A stretch of 64,000 bases of DNA from NCBI GenBank assembly GCA_950097015.1, contig CATNEN010000038.1, forward strand, positions 31,930,001 through 31,994,000, given 5' to 3'. The DNA comes from Macrostomum hystrix. Its lineage: Eukaryota > Animalia > Platyhelminthes. Within the stretch, counting starts at the first letter, position 1. Every line of letters begins with the position of its first letter. The notes under the pieces are model-generated. The model was given only the letters and a program-made list of their open reading frames with translations. It made no database searches and was not told the DNA's origin. This document shows positions 22,457-36,028 of the stretch, piece after piece. A program made the translations under genes and the position numbers.

Positions 22457-24816
22457 TGCTTAGAATAGAAAGTTTAAATGTAGACTGTGATCAAAAAGTG
22501 CAAACAATGCACTGGTCTAGAAAAAACAAGTACTTAATTATCTTTAATTATAAGTCAGTCATAAAGCACTTAACAACAGGATTCAGTAGCCTTTCTTGAA
22601 GCTAAGTTGCAAAGTTCATAGTTGCAAGTATGAGTCATGGCTTAATATATTTGAACCCAACCCAATAAATATGATGTTGTCATTATTATTTACTACAGCT
22701 GTAACTTAATTGGATGACAACACAATTTTAGACAAAGGTATTCATGATGCTATTTAGTTGCTAGATTAAAATTCTATTTTAAACTAGCTTGAACAACTAA
22801 CTAAATTAGGGCAAAGTTAATGTTCTAATGATCTAGACCTAGACCTTGGTCACAATCCTTAAGACATAATTTACCCTCTAGCAATGATATGAAAATTATA
22901 TAGCATAAGAATTATATCGTCAATGACAAGGTTTAAAGAACAAGCAATTGATCTTAATTTAAAACATTGAATATCCAAAAAGATAATTACTTATTTATAA
23001 AATAAATGGTCTTGAGATAAATTTAAATAAAAATACATAGGCACTAAAATTTACAAAATAACTTTTGTAAATCGATCACATTATCATGCAAGCATAAATT
23101 TCTAGCTTGGCTTGCTAGGGCCTGTTCTGTTTAAGCTATTATTCTACCCCTAGGCAGTGCGTACTCACATTGTTCCATGCTAATAATTCAGAAATTGTCT
23201 AAACAGTTGCATGTCAATATGTCTAGCCTATCTACATAGTAGCTTGCATAAAAGTAAACAAGGCATCTAGCTATTCCACACTATTTAACATGTTCATAAT
23301 TCTCTATAGGCCTATGTTTCTATGCCAATAATGCCTAGCCACATACAGGGCAGCATGCTTAAATAAGAAAGCATTATCAAAACATAGCTCCAAATATTTG
23401 CCCAATCAAAACAGATATGTAGATGCAACAAAAGGTAGTTCCCAGACACTTCATAATCTTACTATTTTGTCATCTACCCTACATATGGGGCACAGGTGAG
23501 AAAACAGATTTTTTAAAATAAATATGAAAATATTATGTCTCAAAAGCCATACAAGACATGGTGCATATTGGGGATAGAGATACTTTGTGCTTACTTGGTT
23601 TGGAATTCAGTGCACAAGTGAGAAAGTAGGGCAGAGGTGTGAAAACAGATTTAATTCACAAGAGTTAAAAAGGTGACTGCAAAGATGGATTAGGCCCCTA
23701 GCCTAAGAGAAAAGGTTTCAAAGAGGTCTATAAACTAAAAAAACAAGATAAAAAACAATAACTTTGAAAACAACTGCAATAAATTCATGACAAAGTGTCC
23801 ACAAAAATTAAGTTACTTTGTCATCCCCTTTTTCACACTCTAAGATCCTAGACAGTATGTCATCCAGATGACAACATTGTAAGATGACAAAGTGTTCAGG
23901 TACCCAAAAGGCAATAGTAGGCCCTATACCATTATAAAATCTGAGCTAGCTAAATGAATGACACCTTCATTAAAAATACAAGTTTTTTTCTTTTTCAACT
24001 CACTTAGCCTTAGAAGATGTGACCTTTCTATCTTAAATAAAAACAAGCGTTTTTCAATACTTCGAACTTAAATCGCCAAATCCTTAGCATCGAAGGGAGG
24101 GCCTTGCTTTGTTATGTGCTTTTCAGTAAGCAATAGGCTCTAATATTAATAGTAAGGCAGTGCTGAATGCTGATTCGTCGAGTTCTGTGTGAATTATGGA
24201 TTTTATTTTGTCTTTTTACAGATGAATAGTAACGTAACCCCAGTTGAAAAATACACAACTGAATTACCCGATGAATAGTATTTATTAAAGCGATAAACTA
24301 TTACAGCATTAGTATTACGACGAATAAGCACTGCCTTTAGTAAAAAATAAATTTAGTATCTATGACATGACAATCTGCTTATTCATTTTTTAATGAATAT
24401 TCATTCATATTCATTTACGAAAGGGAGACGACATACTGTATAGATTCCATGAATAGCTAGACGCCGAACTAAATTCTTACGCCAAACAATATTTTTGCAC
24501 TGCCGGCGACGAGATCAACAGACAACTATTTTCAAGGTAGCCTTAAATCCGGCAAGTAAAAGCTATAACAAATAATGATTTGTAAATTGTTAAATCACGT
24601 TTATATGTATATATGACTGTAAATATTAGTTTTTTAATAACATTTTTTTGTTTTAATACGTCAAGCGATTATTTGTTGTGTACACTAACAACTGTGTCTA
24701 TATAAAGAATTGCGCCACAATTTGACATTATAGTTTTCCATGAAGCTTTTACTTTAAATTGAATAGAGCTATCTATCTACAGCACTAATAAAGCCTACTA
24801 CAACGCCGAATTCATC

Positions 24817-27800
24817 ATGTCTTCTGTTTCCCCAGTACCTCAGACCACTGTTGCGAATCTCGCTAACTTGATTATTAACACAAATATCGCTAGTAGGTTG
24901 TCTCCTGTTTTAAGAGAAGTCACCCAGACGGTGCAAGCAGTTTCTCTTCCAATGGAGCTTGATCTAGCGCCACAGGGAATCGGCATGCCGCAAGTGTTTG
25001 TGAAACCTCAGCAACTGACGTAAGTGTTTATGCCTATAGATAGCCTGTACTATCTTAGTTTACTGCAGAAAGCAAATAATAGCAATTCGTATTAGTTTTA
25101 GCCTACCGATTTATTAGAAAATTATTTTATAGTTGTATTTTTTGTATTATTTTATTATTTTATTAATACAATGATTTTAATTTTTTCATTTGCCTTGCCA
25201 ACTTCCATTCTAGTTACCTGCGCGACTTCCGCACCCAGCAGTGCCCGCTATTTGCCAATCACAAGTGCTCGCAGCACAAGCCGTTTACCTGCTTCCATTG
25301 GCACTTTCCTAATCAGCGCCGTAGGCGACCGCTTAGAAAGCTGGATGGCACATTCTCCTATTCGCCAGACGTCTACTGCGACAAGTACGACGAGACAAGA
25401 GGCGAGTGCCCTAACGGCGATGCTTGTCCCTACCTGCATCGCAACGCCGGCGACACTGAGCGGCGTTATCACCTGCGCTATTTCAAAACTGGCACCTGCA
25501 TTCACGACACAGATTCTAGGGGTCAGTGCTCCCGCAACGGCACGCATTGCGCCTTCGCGCATGGCGCCACAGACCTGCGTGTACCAGTCTATGACATTCG
25601 CGAAGTTCAAGAGGCCAGCGATTGTCCCGTGAATCTGCCAGCTAGCCTAGAGAAGGAGCGAGTACTGTCCGAGGATCCCAAATGGAATGATATGGGCTAC
25701 GTGCTGGCCAATTACAAAACTGAGCCATGCCGCAAGCCGCCAAGAATGTGCAGACAAGGCTACGCCTGTCCGTTTTATCACAACTCTAAGGACAAGCGAA
25801 GGCCGCCAAATCGATGCAAATATCGGTGAGTTTGCACTAGGGGATTTGTGATTACGTGATGCGAGTGGCCAGAACGAATAGTTTAGTTAATCTACTCAAT
25901 ATGAACTAATTGCATGTAGCCTCATAGCATAACCTTAATTTCGAACGTATGTATCTAAGAGACACATTAAAAGTTTTCGCTTTTTTTCAATTCTAATTTT
26001 AACCCTGTAATAAATGACACTTTTCTATAGAGACAAGATAGCTAAATTTGCACACGGTAGGTAAAGAGTTCCTTATTATAGAGAAACAATTGTATATAAC
26101 TTCTATTTTTAAACGGTGTGTATATCAAGGAATAATGACGTCATATGTTTTTTCATATTTACTTTTTTGTTTACTGCCCACACATTATTATGTAAACAAG
26201 CAGGATATTCACTGTCACTACTAATTCAACTGGGTTCAATAAGTGCAAATAAAAAACTTTCGCTTCCTTAATCAACAACGTTTTTTTATTATTTGTTAAA
26301 GCCTAGAAACAAACCGCTGGCATATTTGGTTAAAAAACTGTCAAACAATCCGAAGGGATCGATTTTAAGGACTATTGACAACTTTAACGCACTTGTTAGC
26401 CCAATCTTTTCACACACCTTTTTCTAAATGTGTGTGGTAAGATCGACGTGGTAGTATAATGTGTGGTAATAATGTACCGTATTATTCCTTTATTTCCGCT
26501 AATTTAGCCGACACCAAGTAAGTTAGTTGTTCGATTTGTAGGACATATTTAATGAGTCACGAGGTTAAATTTAGCACATTTCTCGTGCAATCCCTTCAGC
26601 AGTCATTTCCGGCGTTTGGGACTTAAGCAGCGTAGTCCTCGTGCAGACATTGCACACCACGTATTCAGTGCGTGCTTTAATCGTTTGCTGACCAGGGGGC
26701 GGGGTAGGTTGGGTTGTTGATTGTGTTCTATTTTTAGCAATACTCGCATAAGCTTCAGTGTGACCAACGCACCCACTAGCCCCGCTTGTTTATGTAGGGC
26801 GGGCCTTTCCTCTCGAGGTTAATTTACACTCGCCCAGCACATGCACACATCGAGGGAAACTCCAAAGTACAAGCTTTTCAGTGTTAAAAGTCCACGATGC
26901 CGTGTTTATGCCATTCTTCCTTAGATACGCAAAAGCATTTCTACGGACATAATTAGTGACGGTCTAATTTAATTAATTTTTTTAACTTCTAAAAATTTAA
27001 TGTTATATTTCTACTGCGAGTATTTACTTTCCATTTGAGATTTGTTATTAAGAACACGAATAATGAAAATTTAATCGGCCAGGCAGGCCATTCTACTGGG
27101 ATTGAATGTCATTTAACATCTACTTGATTAAAGGTCAATCTACTGGTATTGAAGGTCATTCTACTGGGATTGAAGGTCATTCTACTGGGATTGAAGGTCA
27201 TTATACTACGATTGAAAGTCATTCTTCTGGGATTGAAGGTCATTCTACTGGGATTGAAGGTCATTATACTACGATTGAAAGTCATTCTTCTGGGATTGAA
27301 GGTCATTCTACTGGGATTGAAGGTCATTCTACTGGGATTGAAGGTCATTCATTCTACTAGGATTGAAGGTCATTCTACTAGGATTGAAGGTCATTATACT
27401 AGGATTGAAGGTCATTCTACTGGGATTGATGGTCATTCTACTGGGATTGAAGGTCATTCTACTAGGATTGAAGGTCATTATACTAGGATTGAAGGTCATT
27501 CTACTGGGATTGAAGGTTAATCTACTGGGATTGTAGGTTATTTCTACTGGGATTGTAGGTTAATCTACTGGGATTGTAGGTTAATCTACTGGGATCGTAG
27601 GTTAATCTACTGGGATTGTAGGTTAATCTACTGGAATTGTAGGTTATTCTACTGGGATTGTAGGTTAATCTACTGGGATTGAAGGTTAATCTACTGGGAT
27701 TAAAGGTCATTCTACTTGGATTGAAGGTTAATCTACTGGGATTGAAGGTTAATCTACTGGGATTAAAGGTCATTCTACTTGGATTGAAGGTTAATCTACT

Positions 27801-30800
27801 GGGATTAAAGGTCATTCTACTTGGATTGTAGGTTAATCTACTGGGATCATAGGTTAATCTACTGAGATTGAAGGTTAATCTACTGGGATTGAAGGTTTAT
27901 CTACTGGGATTGAAGGTTAATCTACTGGGATTGTAGGTTATTTCTACTGGGATTGTAGGTTAATCTACTGCGATTGTAGGTTAATCTACTGGGATTGTAG
28001 GTTAATCTACTGGGATTGTAGGTTATTCTACTGGGATTGTAGGTTAATCTACTGGGATTGTAGGTTATTCTACTGGGATTGTAGGTTAATCTACTGGGAT
28101 TGAAGGTTAATCTACTGGGATTGAAGGTCATTCTACTTGGATTGTAGGTTAATCTACTGGGATTGTAGGTTAATCTACTGGGATCGTAGGTTAATCTACT
28201 GGGATTGAAGGTTAATCTACTGAGATTGAAGGTTAATCTACTGGGATTGAAGGTTAATCTACTGGGATTGAAGGTTAATCTACTGGGATCGTAGGTTAAT
28301 CTACTGGGATTGAAGGTTAATCTACTGGGATTGAAGGTCATTCTACTTGGATTGTAGGTTAATCTACTGGGATTGTAGGTTAATCTACTGGGATCGTAGG
28401 TTAATCTACTGGGATTGTAGGTTAATCTACTGGGATTGGAGGTCGTTCTTCTGGGATTGAAGGTCATTCTACTTGGATTGTAGGTTAATCTACTGGGATC
28501 GTAGGTTAATCTACTGAGATTGAAGGTTAATCTACTGGGATTGAAGGTTTATCTACTGGGATTGAAGGTTAATCTACTGGGATTGTAGGTTATTTCTACT
28601 GGGATTGTAGGTTAATCTACTGCGATTGTAGGTTAATCTACTGGGATTGTAGGTTAATCTACTGGGATTGTAGGTTAATCTACTGGGATTGTAGGTTATT
28701 CTACTGGGATTGTAGGTTAATCTACTGGGATTGAAGGTTAATCTACTGGGATTGAAGGTCATTCTACTTGGATTGTAGGTTAATCTACTGGGATTGTAGG
28801 TTAATCTACTGGGATCGTAGGTTAATCTACTGGGATTGAAGGTTAATCTACTGAGATTGAAGGTTAATCTACTGGGATTGAAGGTTAATCTACTGGGATT
28901 GAAGGTTAATCTACTGGGATCGTAGGTTAATCTACTGGGATCGTAGGTTAATCTACTGGGATTGAAGGTTAATCTACTGGGATTGAAGGTCATTCTACTT
29001 GGATTGTAGGTTAATCTACTGGGATTGTAGGTTAATCTACTGGGATCGTAGGTTAATCTACTGGGATTGTAGGTTAATCTACTGGGATTGGAGGTCGTTC
29101 TTCTGGGATTGAAGGTCATTCTACTGGGATTGAAGGTCATTCTACTGGGATCGAAAGTCATTCTACTGGGATCGAAGGTTATTCTACTGGGTTTAAAGGT
29201 CATTTTACATTTTAAGACTTGAGCCTCGCGTATTTTTATTTTAAATTTGCGTAAATTTGTTATTCTATGCTTACCTTCTCTCTCTAATTCGAAAAGAACA
29301 AAAATAAGTAACAAAATTGCACGTAAACAAACTTTGCCATTTGTTTAAGTGTATTCCAGGGTATGTGTATTAGCCTCCCTCCAGTGTTAGTTTCAGAAAA
29401 CTTATCATGTGCAATAAACTGTCTGTTATAATTCATTTTCTCACAACCCACAACGTGTAGCAATGAGTACAAAAAGAATCTCGATGACAATTCATTATTT
29501 TCTTTTGTAGCTTATCTGGATATCTGAAACCTTGCGGCCATTGGATTGTAATTAAGATAAGTTAGAAAAAATAAGCGAAGAGAATAATAATGAAGTGACA
29601 TTAGTACTTAGTGGTCAAATAGACTTGACGATGTAAACTGCGAAATTTGCTGCCCTAAATGAGGCCTAGAAATAAACAGTTTTCTAGTGTTGGAGTCGGA
29701 GATATCTTTACTATCTGGCCTGTTTAATAGTGCACGTGTACTACTGCAATTGGAAAACTAGATTCCACACGGCACAACACAACACCGTCCCGTCTTCTCT
29801 CTCTCTACCAGTCTACCCCCTATGGCTTGTCGGAATCGGGCCTTTGCTTCAGAATTGGTCCTATCCTGTAGCTATTCATATTGATTGTACTTTTGTGCGC
29901 ACTAGACCTAACCTAAGGTCGAAATTTGCTGACATTGCAGTTTTTTCTCTCTCTCTTTCTCCCTTCCAAATCTTTCCTGGCTTTTCTTCGCCTTTAACAG
30001 CGCGCGAAGACTGGGCCTGTCCTGTTCTGTACATCTTGATTTGAATTTTCATTTTCACAGTAATGTGAATTACGCATTGAAAAGTGCCTAGTAATCGTTA
30101 GGTCCCGTCCCTGCGCCTTCTTGTAGCGTCCACAGTCCTGTCCCATCTTGTAGCGTCCTCAGTCCTGTCCTATCTTGTAGCGTCCCCAGTCCTGTCCCAT
30201 CTTGTAGCGTCCTCAGTCCTGTCCCATCTTGTAGCGTCCCCAGTCCTGTCCCATCTTGTAGCGTCCCCAGTCCTGTCCCATCTTGTAGCGTCCTCAGTCC
30301 TGTCCCATCTTGTAGCGTCCTCAGTCCTGTCCCATCTTGTAGCGTCCTCAGTCCTGTCCTATCTTGTAGCGTCCCCAGTCCTGTCCCATCTTGTAGCGTC
30401 CTCAGTCCTGTCCCATCTTGTAGCGTCCCCAGTCCTGTCCCATCTTGTAGCGTCCCCAGTCCTGTCCCATCTTGTAGCGTCCCCAGTCCTGTCCCATCTT
30501 GTAGCGTCCCCAGTCCTGTCCCATCTTGTAGCGTCCCCAGTCCTGTCCCATCTTGTAGCATCCCCAGTCCTGTCCCATCTTGTAGCGTCCCCCTCCTGTC
30601 CCATCTTGTAGCGTCCCCCTCCTGTCCCATCTTGTAGCGTCCCCAGTCCTGTCCCATCTTGTAGCTTCCTCAGTCCTGTCCCATCTTGTAGCGTCCCCCT
30701 CCTGTCCCATCTTGTAGCATCCCCAGTCCTGTCCCATCTTGTAGCGTCCCAAGTCCTGTCCCATCTTGTAGCGTCCCCAGTCCTGTCCCATCTTGTAGCA

Positions 30801-33800
30801 TCCCCCTCCTGTCCCATCTTGTAGCATCCCCAGTCCTGTCCCATCTTGTAGCGTCCCCAGTCCTGTCCCATCTTGTAGCGTCCTCAGTCCTGTCCCATCT
30901 TGTAGCATCCCCAGTCCTTTCCCATCTTGTAGCGTCCTCAGTCCCATCCCATCTTGTAGCGTCCCATCCCATCTTGTAGCGTCCCATCCCATCTTGTAGC
31001 GTCCCATCCCTTCTTGTAGCATCCCATCCCATCTTGTAGCGTCCCATCCCATCTTGTAGCATCCCATCCCATCTTGTAGCGTCCCATCCCTTCTTGTAGC
31101 ATCCCATCCCATCTTGTAGCGTCCCATCCCATCTTGTAGCGTCCCATCCCTTCTTGTAGCGTCCGCGTCCTTTCTCGTCTCGTCCAATTTTTAGTTTATA
31201 CTTCAGACCTTAACTGCATAGGCTTTCTATAAAATATATCCGATAGCTACTGCATGTTCAGTTAGGCTGCACTACACAGTTCTACTGTACTACTACGCGG
31301 CGTTCTACAATCCCAACAAGAGTGCGGGCCCTGGCTTAAAAATTGAATTTCCTGTCCTAGCGTGCTGTTGCTCTGTAGTCTGTAGAGTGCATATTTAGTG
31401 CGGCTGCACTTAAGAGCCTGTTGGCCAGTTCTTTCAATGTAATCTCTGATTCGTTTAAGTACTTTTAAAAATAAGGCGCAAAAAACTCGACTGATACAAT
31501 CAAATTAATTTTTATTTATTTATTCTCCCATTTTTGCATATGCCAATCCCAATGCCAGATCGACGCCGTGCCCGACTGTGAAATCATCCGACGAATGGTT
31601 GGACAGCAGCCTCTGCGATGCCGGCGACAATTGCCAGCTGTGCCACACTCGCACTGAGCAGCAATTCCACCCGGAGGTAAGTAGGGGGTGCTCTTCAGTG
31701 TTCTTGGGATCTTTTGGGAGATTTTCTTATTTGGATCTGCGATCTCTAATAAACTTTCAAGTTTCTAGGAAAGTGAAATTCCACTACGTGCTTAACAGAA
31801 AGTCGGAAGCTATAATAAATATTTAAATGGGCCCTTAAAAAGAAATGAGGTCAAATTGAGTGCAAACTGTTGCCATAGCTAGCTTCGGACCCAGTGACCT
31901 CAAATTGTCACGGAAAGTGAAGCAATATTGTTTGAGGAAATAGAAAAATACTAAACAGCTGTATTATATATGTTTATTTCTAATCTATTAGCTTTTTGCT
32001 TTGCCTGCAAAGCTGCAATTGAAGGGTATTGACGCGTACTGGCGTGGCCAATCTAGATACCAGAATAATAAAAGAAAAATTGATACTAAAACAATAAGGG
32101 GCTGCCTGCCGGTGTGCACGTGATTCCAGTTCCACTTTGCCATACTTTCTACTATTAAACCATTCTCTACTATCTCCCTCATTCCCTAATCCCTATAAGT
32201 ACGACGCGGAATATCTTGGAAAAAATAGGCTGAAAAATGACCGTCCTTCTATGGCCCGAGTCACATGACTTTGGTGGGTTGTGCGAATCTTCACTGGCCT
32301 AGCTATATCCGGGCACGATTATTTAAGCTTGTTTGCGTGCGGCCTCAACTCCCCCTTATTACTTGGCGGTTATGCCGGTTCATTCTTTCCTTCCCTCTGG
32401 CGCACTCGGATGAACCTCCGTCGTCCCTCCCTCTCGCGATTCTTCCCGGCGACCTTCACACGGCACTCACCTCCCATCGTACTCTCCTCTCCTCCGCTCC
32501 CATTTTCTTTCTATTTCTTGAAAAAAAGCGGAAGAGAAAACTGCGAACTCAAATTTCTCTCACTAGGAAGATTCCTCGCTAACCTTATCCTTTTTCTCCC
32601 AAAGAATATGGGAAATACGAAACGGTCGGTCTTCTTTCCTCGCCAAAATATCCTCACGCCTACACTCTATTCCTACGTGATCTCGGTTCTTCCCATAAAA
32701 TTCCACATTTCTCAAAGCTAAGTACACTGTTCATGCACCCAAACATTTTTGGTTGGCTAATCGCACCAGGTACGTTGGAATGGGACGAGGGAACAATTTT
32801 CGGGGATTTGAGGAGCCTTGGATTTCTTATTTACCAAAAAGAGAAGGACGTAGAGGGTAAGCAAGATGACTGACGACTGCAAGCAGAATGAGAGAATGGG
32901 AATTTTCCGCTGCTTTCTATGATCTGATGGACGGACACCCCCAATCTGGCGTCCAATAGGCTTCTTCCGACCTTGCCGGTCGTGTTTCTAAAAATAGATT
33001 TTGTGCACGCATGTTGAACTGAAAAACCCCTCTCTATCCCTCCCATAGCCCCCCGTTTATTTCCACTAGCTTATTTAGAAAAGCATGTGAGCGCGAATCA
33101 CGTGCTCCTGGTTCCTTAACTAGTGTATTGCAGTGTTTGTGGGAGTGTGCCGTTTCAGTTTGTCCTTTTGTGACCTCAAAATCGGGCTTTCTCTCCACTC
33201 GCCCTATAAACTTATCTGCTGTTTGTGTGTGTGTGTGTGTGTGTGCGTTTGACAATGTGTTGACCTCTCTTTACATTCCATTTCTTCGCTCCTGTTCCGT
33301 TTTAGTCTCTTTATTATTACGAAAGAACATTAAAGGAAGAAAATGCACAGGCCACTAGGCTACTGAGTTAGTAAGAGCTAATTATTACTAATATAAGTGC
33401 TTCAACAAATTCGTTTGAAATTGCAAAACATATTTTTATCGTTCCTGTCGTTGCCTTAGTCCTTCTTTCTATTTTTATTCTTTCCTCTATCTAGCGGGTG
33501 TAAGTCTACGTTTAAAAAAATTATATTTGATAGCTTCGTACGACTTCAGTCCATGGACAGCTGATGCTGGTACCAGCTGGCTGAAATGAAGTAAAGCAGA
33601 GTTTAAAAGTGTCTCGCAAAAGGACAAAAATTGTTTCAGTGGAGTCGGGAATCGAACCCCCGACGCTTACTTTAACAATGATTTTATATTTAATCCCTTC
33701 TTAACCTGCAGATCTACAAATCCACAAAGTGTAATGACGTCATGCAGCAGCACTATTGTCCGCGCGGCCCATTCTGCGCGTTCGCTCACGACGAAGCCGA

Positions 33801-36028
33801 AATGAACTTTGGGCGCAATTTCATGCAGGACATGGAACTTCAGGGCCTCCTGTCAGCTGTGGGCATGCAGCATCAGCAGGAGTCGTCTCCGACCTATAAT
33901 CACCTGTCGCTAGGCCATCTGGTGTCGCCGACTGTTTGGGAGAAGGCACTAGCCGCGACAGCGATTAAAGGTGCGCTTGTCAGCTGTTTTGGGAATTTTT
34001 TTAGGGATTTCATTAGGGATTAGAGAGTGCTTATGGAGTGAATAGATGCCTCTCGCACCAAGGTCCCTGAGCTCGATTCCGCGGCGGAGTTAATTGGGGC
34101 GCAGCCGCGGAGAGGGAGGCTGGGAGCTTGTCGTTCAATTAGGCTGTGCTCAGCGCAATCCGTGGACAGGGAATGCCGCTATGCCTCCAAAGAAAGATGA
34201 ACCATTTTAGCTGGGCGAGGTGAAGATGAATTAGAAATAAAAAATCGGAAGGTCGAATGATTTAGTATCGTATTATTTACCAAGACTATAGAAAAATTGA
34301 GTTGGGGTAGGATAGGACTCACGACTTGAATGTCGGGGGTTCGATTCCTGACCCCACAGTAACAATTTGTGTCCTTTAGCAAGACACTTAAAACTGCGTT
34401 GGTTCCTTTCACCCATCTGTTAAATGGGTACCAGCATCAGTACCCATTTGAGGGTGGGTGTGGCGTCCACCCAGTCCATGGACTGAACAGCCATACGCAG
34501 TAGTCTTCAGCTGCGGCTGTGCTGTCGACTGCATATCTGATTTTATGATTACAAGCCTTGACTGTGTTACCGTCCAGGTCGCACAATCAGCGGCCTGAGC
34601 TCTACATCGCTGGAATCTGGCCTTGGCAGCTGGCATCTCTGCGACAGTCCCGGCTTCGCCAACGCCGACGATCAGTCCACAGCCAGCGCTGCCGCCGCAG
34701 CCGCTGCCGCAGCGGCGACCTCGGCGCTGCTGCAGGACGTCGAAGAGTTCGACCTGTCCCAGGATGACAGCTCCGGCGGCGGTCGCGGAGGCGGCAGCGG
34801 CAGTATCTGCAGCCCCCTGACTGTTCAGACCATGATGTTCGGACAGCAGCAGCAGCAGCAGGAGTCGCCATCCTTTCAGTCTCTGTTTGAGGTAAAGCAC
34901 TTTTTAGCTTCTGATGTTGGGATAATAAACGAATGATAATCCAGGGGGTGGGTAACAGAGCGGTTAACGCGTTTGCCTCTCGCACAAATGTCCCTAAGCT
35001 CGATTTAGTACCAAAGTTCTTGTCGTTTACAATTTACGCCCTCGAGGACCAACCTCCAAGGCACAGTGAGAGTGTACACTGCCTGACGCTGAGAAAGTCA
35101 GGGAAGATGTACAAACCTGTGTGAGCTGTGTGCGTGTGTGCTCAATTATTATTAATATGTTAACCCAGATTTGGAATCCGCTAACGAATGAACCTTTGTT
35201 TCTATTTTTCAGTCCGAGGCCAGGGCCCGTGCAGGCAGCGCTAGCAGGCAGCAGCAGGCTCTGTCGCGACGTCGCCAGACCAGCACCAGCGATGCCGCCG
35301 GCTGCTACGCCCAGAGCCCGATCCTGATGTCGGAGAGTCCGTTCTCAAACGCCGGCCTGGAGCTGGAACGGCTGCGCTACGAATGCGAAATCGAGCGCGC
35401 CCAGGAGGAGGCCAGGCGAGCCCGCGACGCCGCCCAGCGGGCCAATCGGGAGCGAGCCAGCGCCGAGGCGGAGCTGCGTCGACTGTGCGCCGGCGTACGT
35501 GAAGCGGCCATGCTTGCCAACGCCATGGACAGACCAGCTTCGTCAACAGGCGACGCCGATGACGCAGCGTCTAATGACAGTGCCGACGCCCTGGACTCCG
35601 CTAGAGCCGTCCAGTTGGACGTGTTCAAAAGCAGGCTGAAGGCGCTGCTGCAGCTTGAGGTTTGTCTAACGCAAATATCATTGTAAAATTAATACCCGAT
35701 ATGGGACGAAAAAGTTAAAGTGATGGTGCCAAAACCATTCTAAATTATCAAAATTTTCAAGACAATTGGTGAAGGTCATACCCGTATTACGCTAAAACTC
35801 CAAATTTACGCTTGTAACTGTGAATTATATATTTTTTATTCCTAAATCTCTTTTATCTTTTCATTCCAGCAGACAAGCAGTCAGTTGCACAGTGTAACGG
35901 GATTTGACGAGCAGAGCTGTAACATTAGACAGCAGCAGCAGCAGCAACAGCAGCACACCTTGAGTACCAAGTTTTGCTTTGCGCGAGAGAACGAGTCGGA
36001 CGATATGCGTCTAGAAGAGAAACGCTGA
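24817..36028 (+). CDS. unk: Unkempt CCCH zinc-finger RNA-binding protein; exons 24817-25019, 25214-25825, 31559-31676, 33712-33970, 34578-34891, 35213-35659, 35870-36028
   Basis: Spliced translation gives TYLRDFRTQQCPLF...CFHWHFPNQRRRRP, YSPDVYCDKYDE, ERRYHLRYFKTGTC, YKTEPCRKPPRMCRQGYACPFYHN, RSTPCPTVK...CHTRTEQQFHPE|IYKSTKCND...CPRGPFCAFAH, then a coiled coil. All GT-AG and in frame. The last three exons are less certain. Confidence 0.92.
27088..29205. repeat. Intronic 21-bp minisatellite (TCTACTGGGATTG(A/T)AGGT(C/T)A(T/A)) with a 652-bp higher-order duplication
   Basis: Markers TTATTTCTAC at 27938/28590 and GGAGGTCGTTC at 28438/29090 are both offset by 652; in unk intron 2. Confidence 0.96.
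30105..31162. repeat. Intronic minisatellite: 27-bp unit changing to a 20-bp derivative at ~30940
   Basis: AGTCCTGTCCCATCTTGTAGCGTCCCC, then GTCCCATCCCATCTTGTAGC. Confidence 0.95.
33545..33665 (-). mobile_element. SINE family B partial copy (antisense)
   Basis: Reverse complement aligns with 34331-34440 and with the 13626-13918 copy (B box GGTTCGATTCCC plus CORE-like body). Confidence 0.8.
34047..34140 (+). mobile_element. SINE family A fragment (B-box region)
   Basis: GCCTCTCGCACCAAGGTCCCTGAGCTCGATTCCGCGGCG matches 1531-1570. Confidence 0.75.
34305..34545 (+). mobile_element. SINE family B copy (sense)
   Basis: GGACTCACGACTTGAATGTCGGGGGTTCGATTCC, TGTGTCCTTTAGCAAGACACTT, TGTTAAATGGGTACCAGC and CAGTCCATGGACTG in order. 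Confidence 0.85.
34943..35145 (+). mobile_element. SINE family A copy, internally deleted and 3'-truncated
   Basis: tRNA-like head and central hairpin homologous to 1500-1730; in unk intron 5. Confidence 0.8.

Noticed and set aside
27106-31187. Repetitive ORFs (TFNPSRL, IEGHSTG, LQDGTGLGT)
   Set aside because: Minisatellites in unk intron 2.
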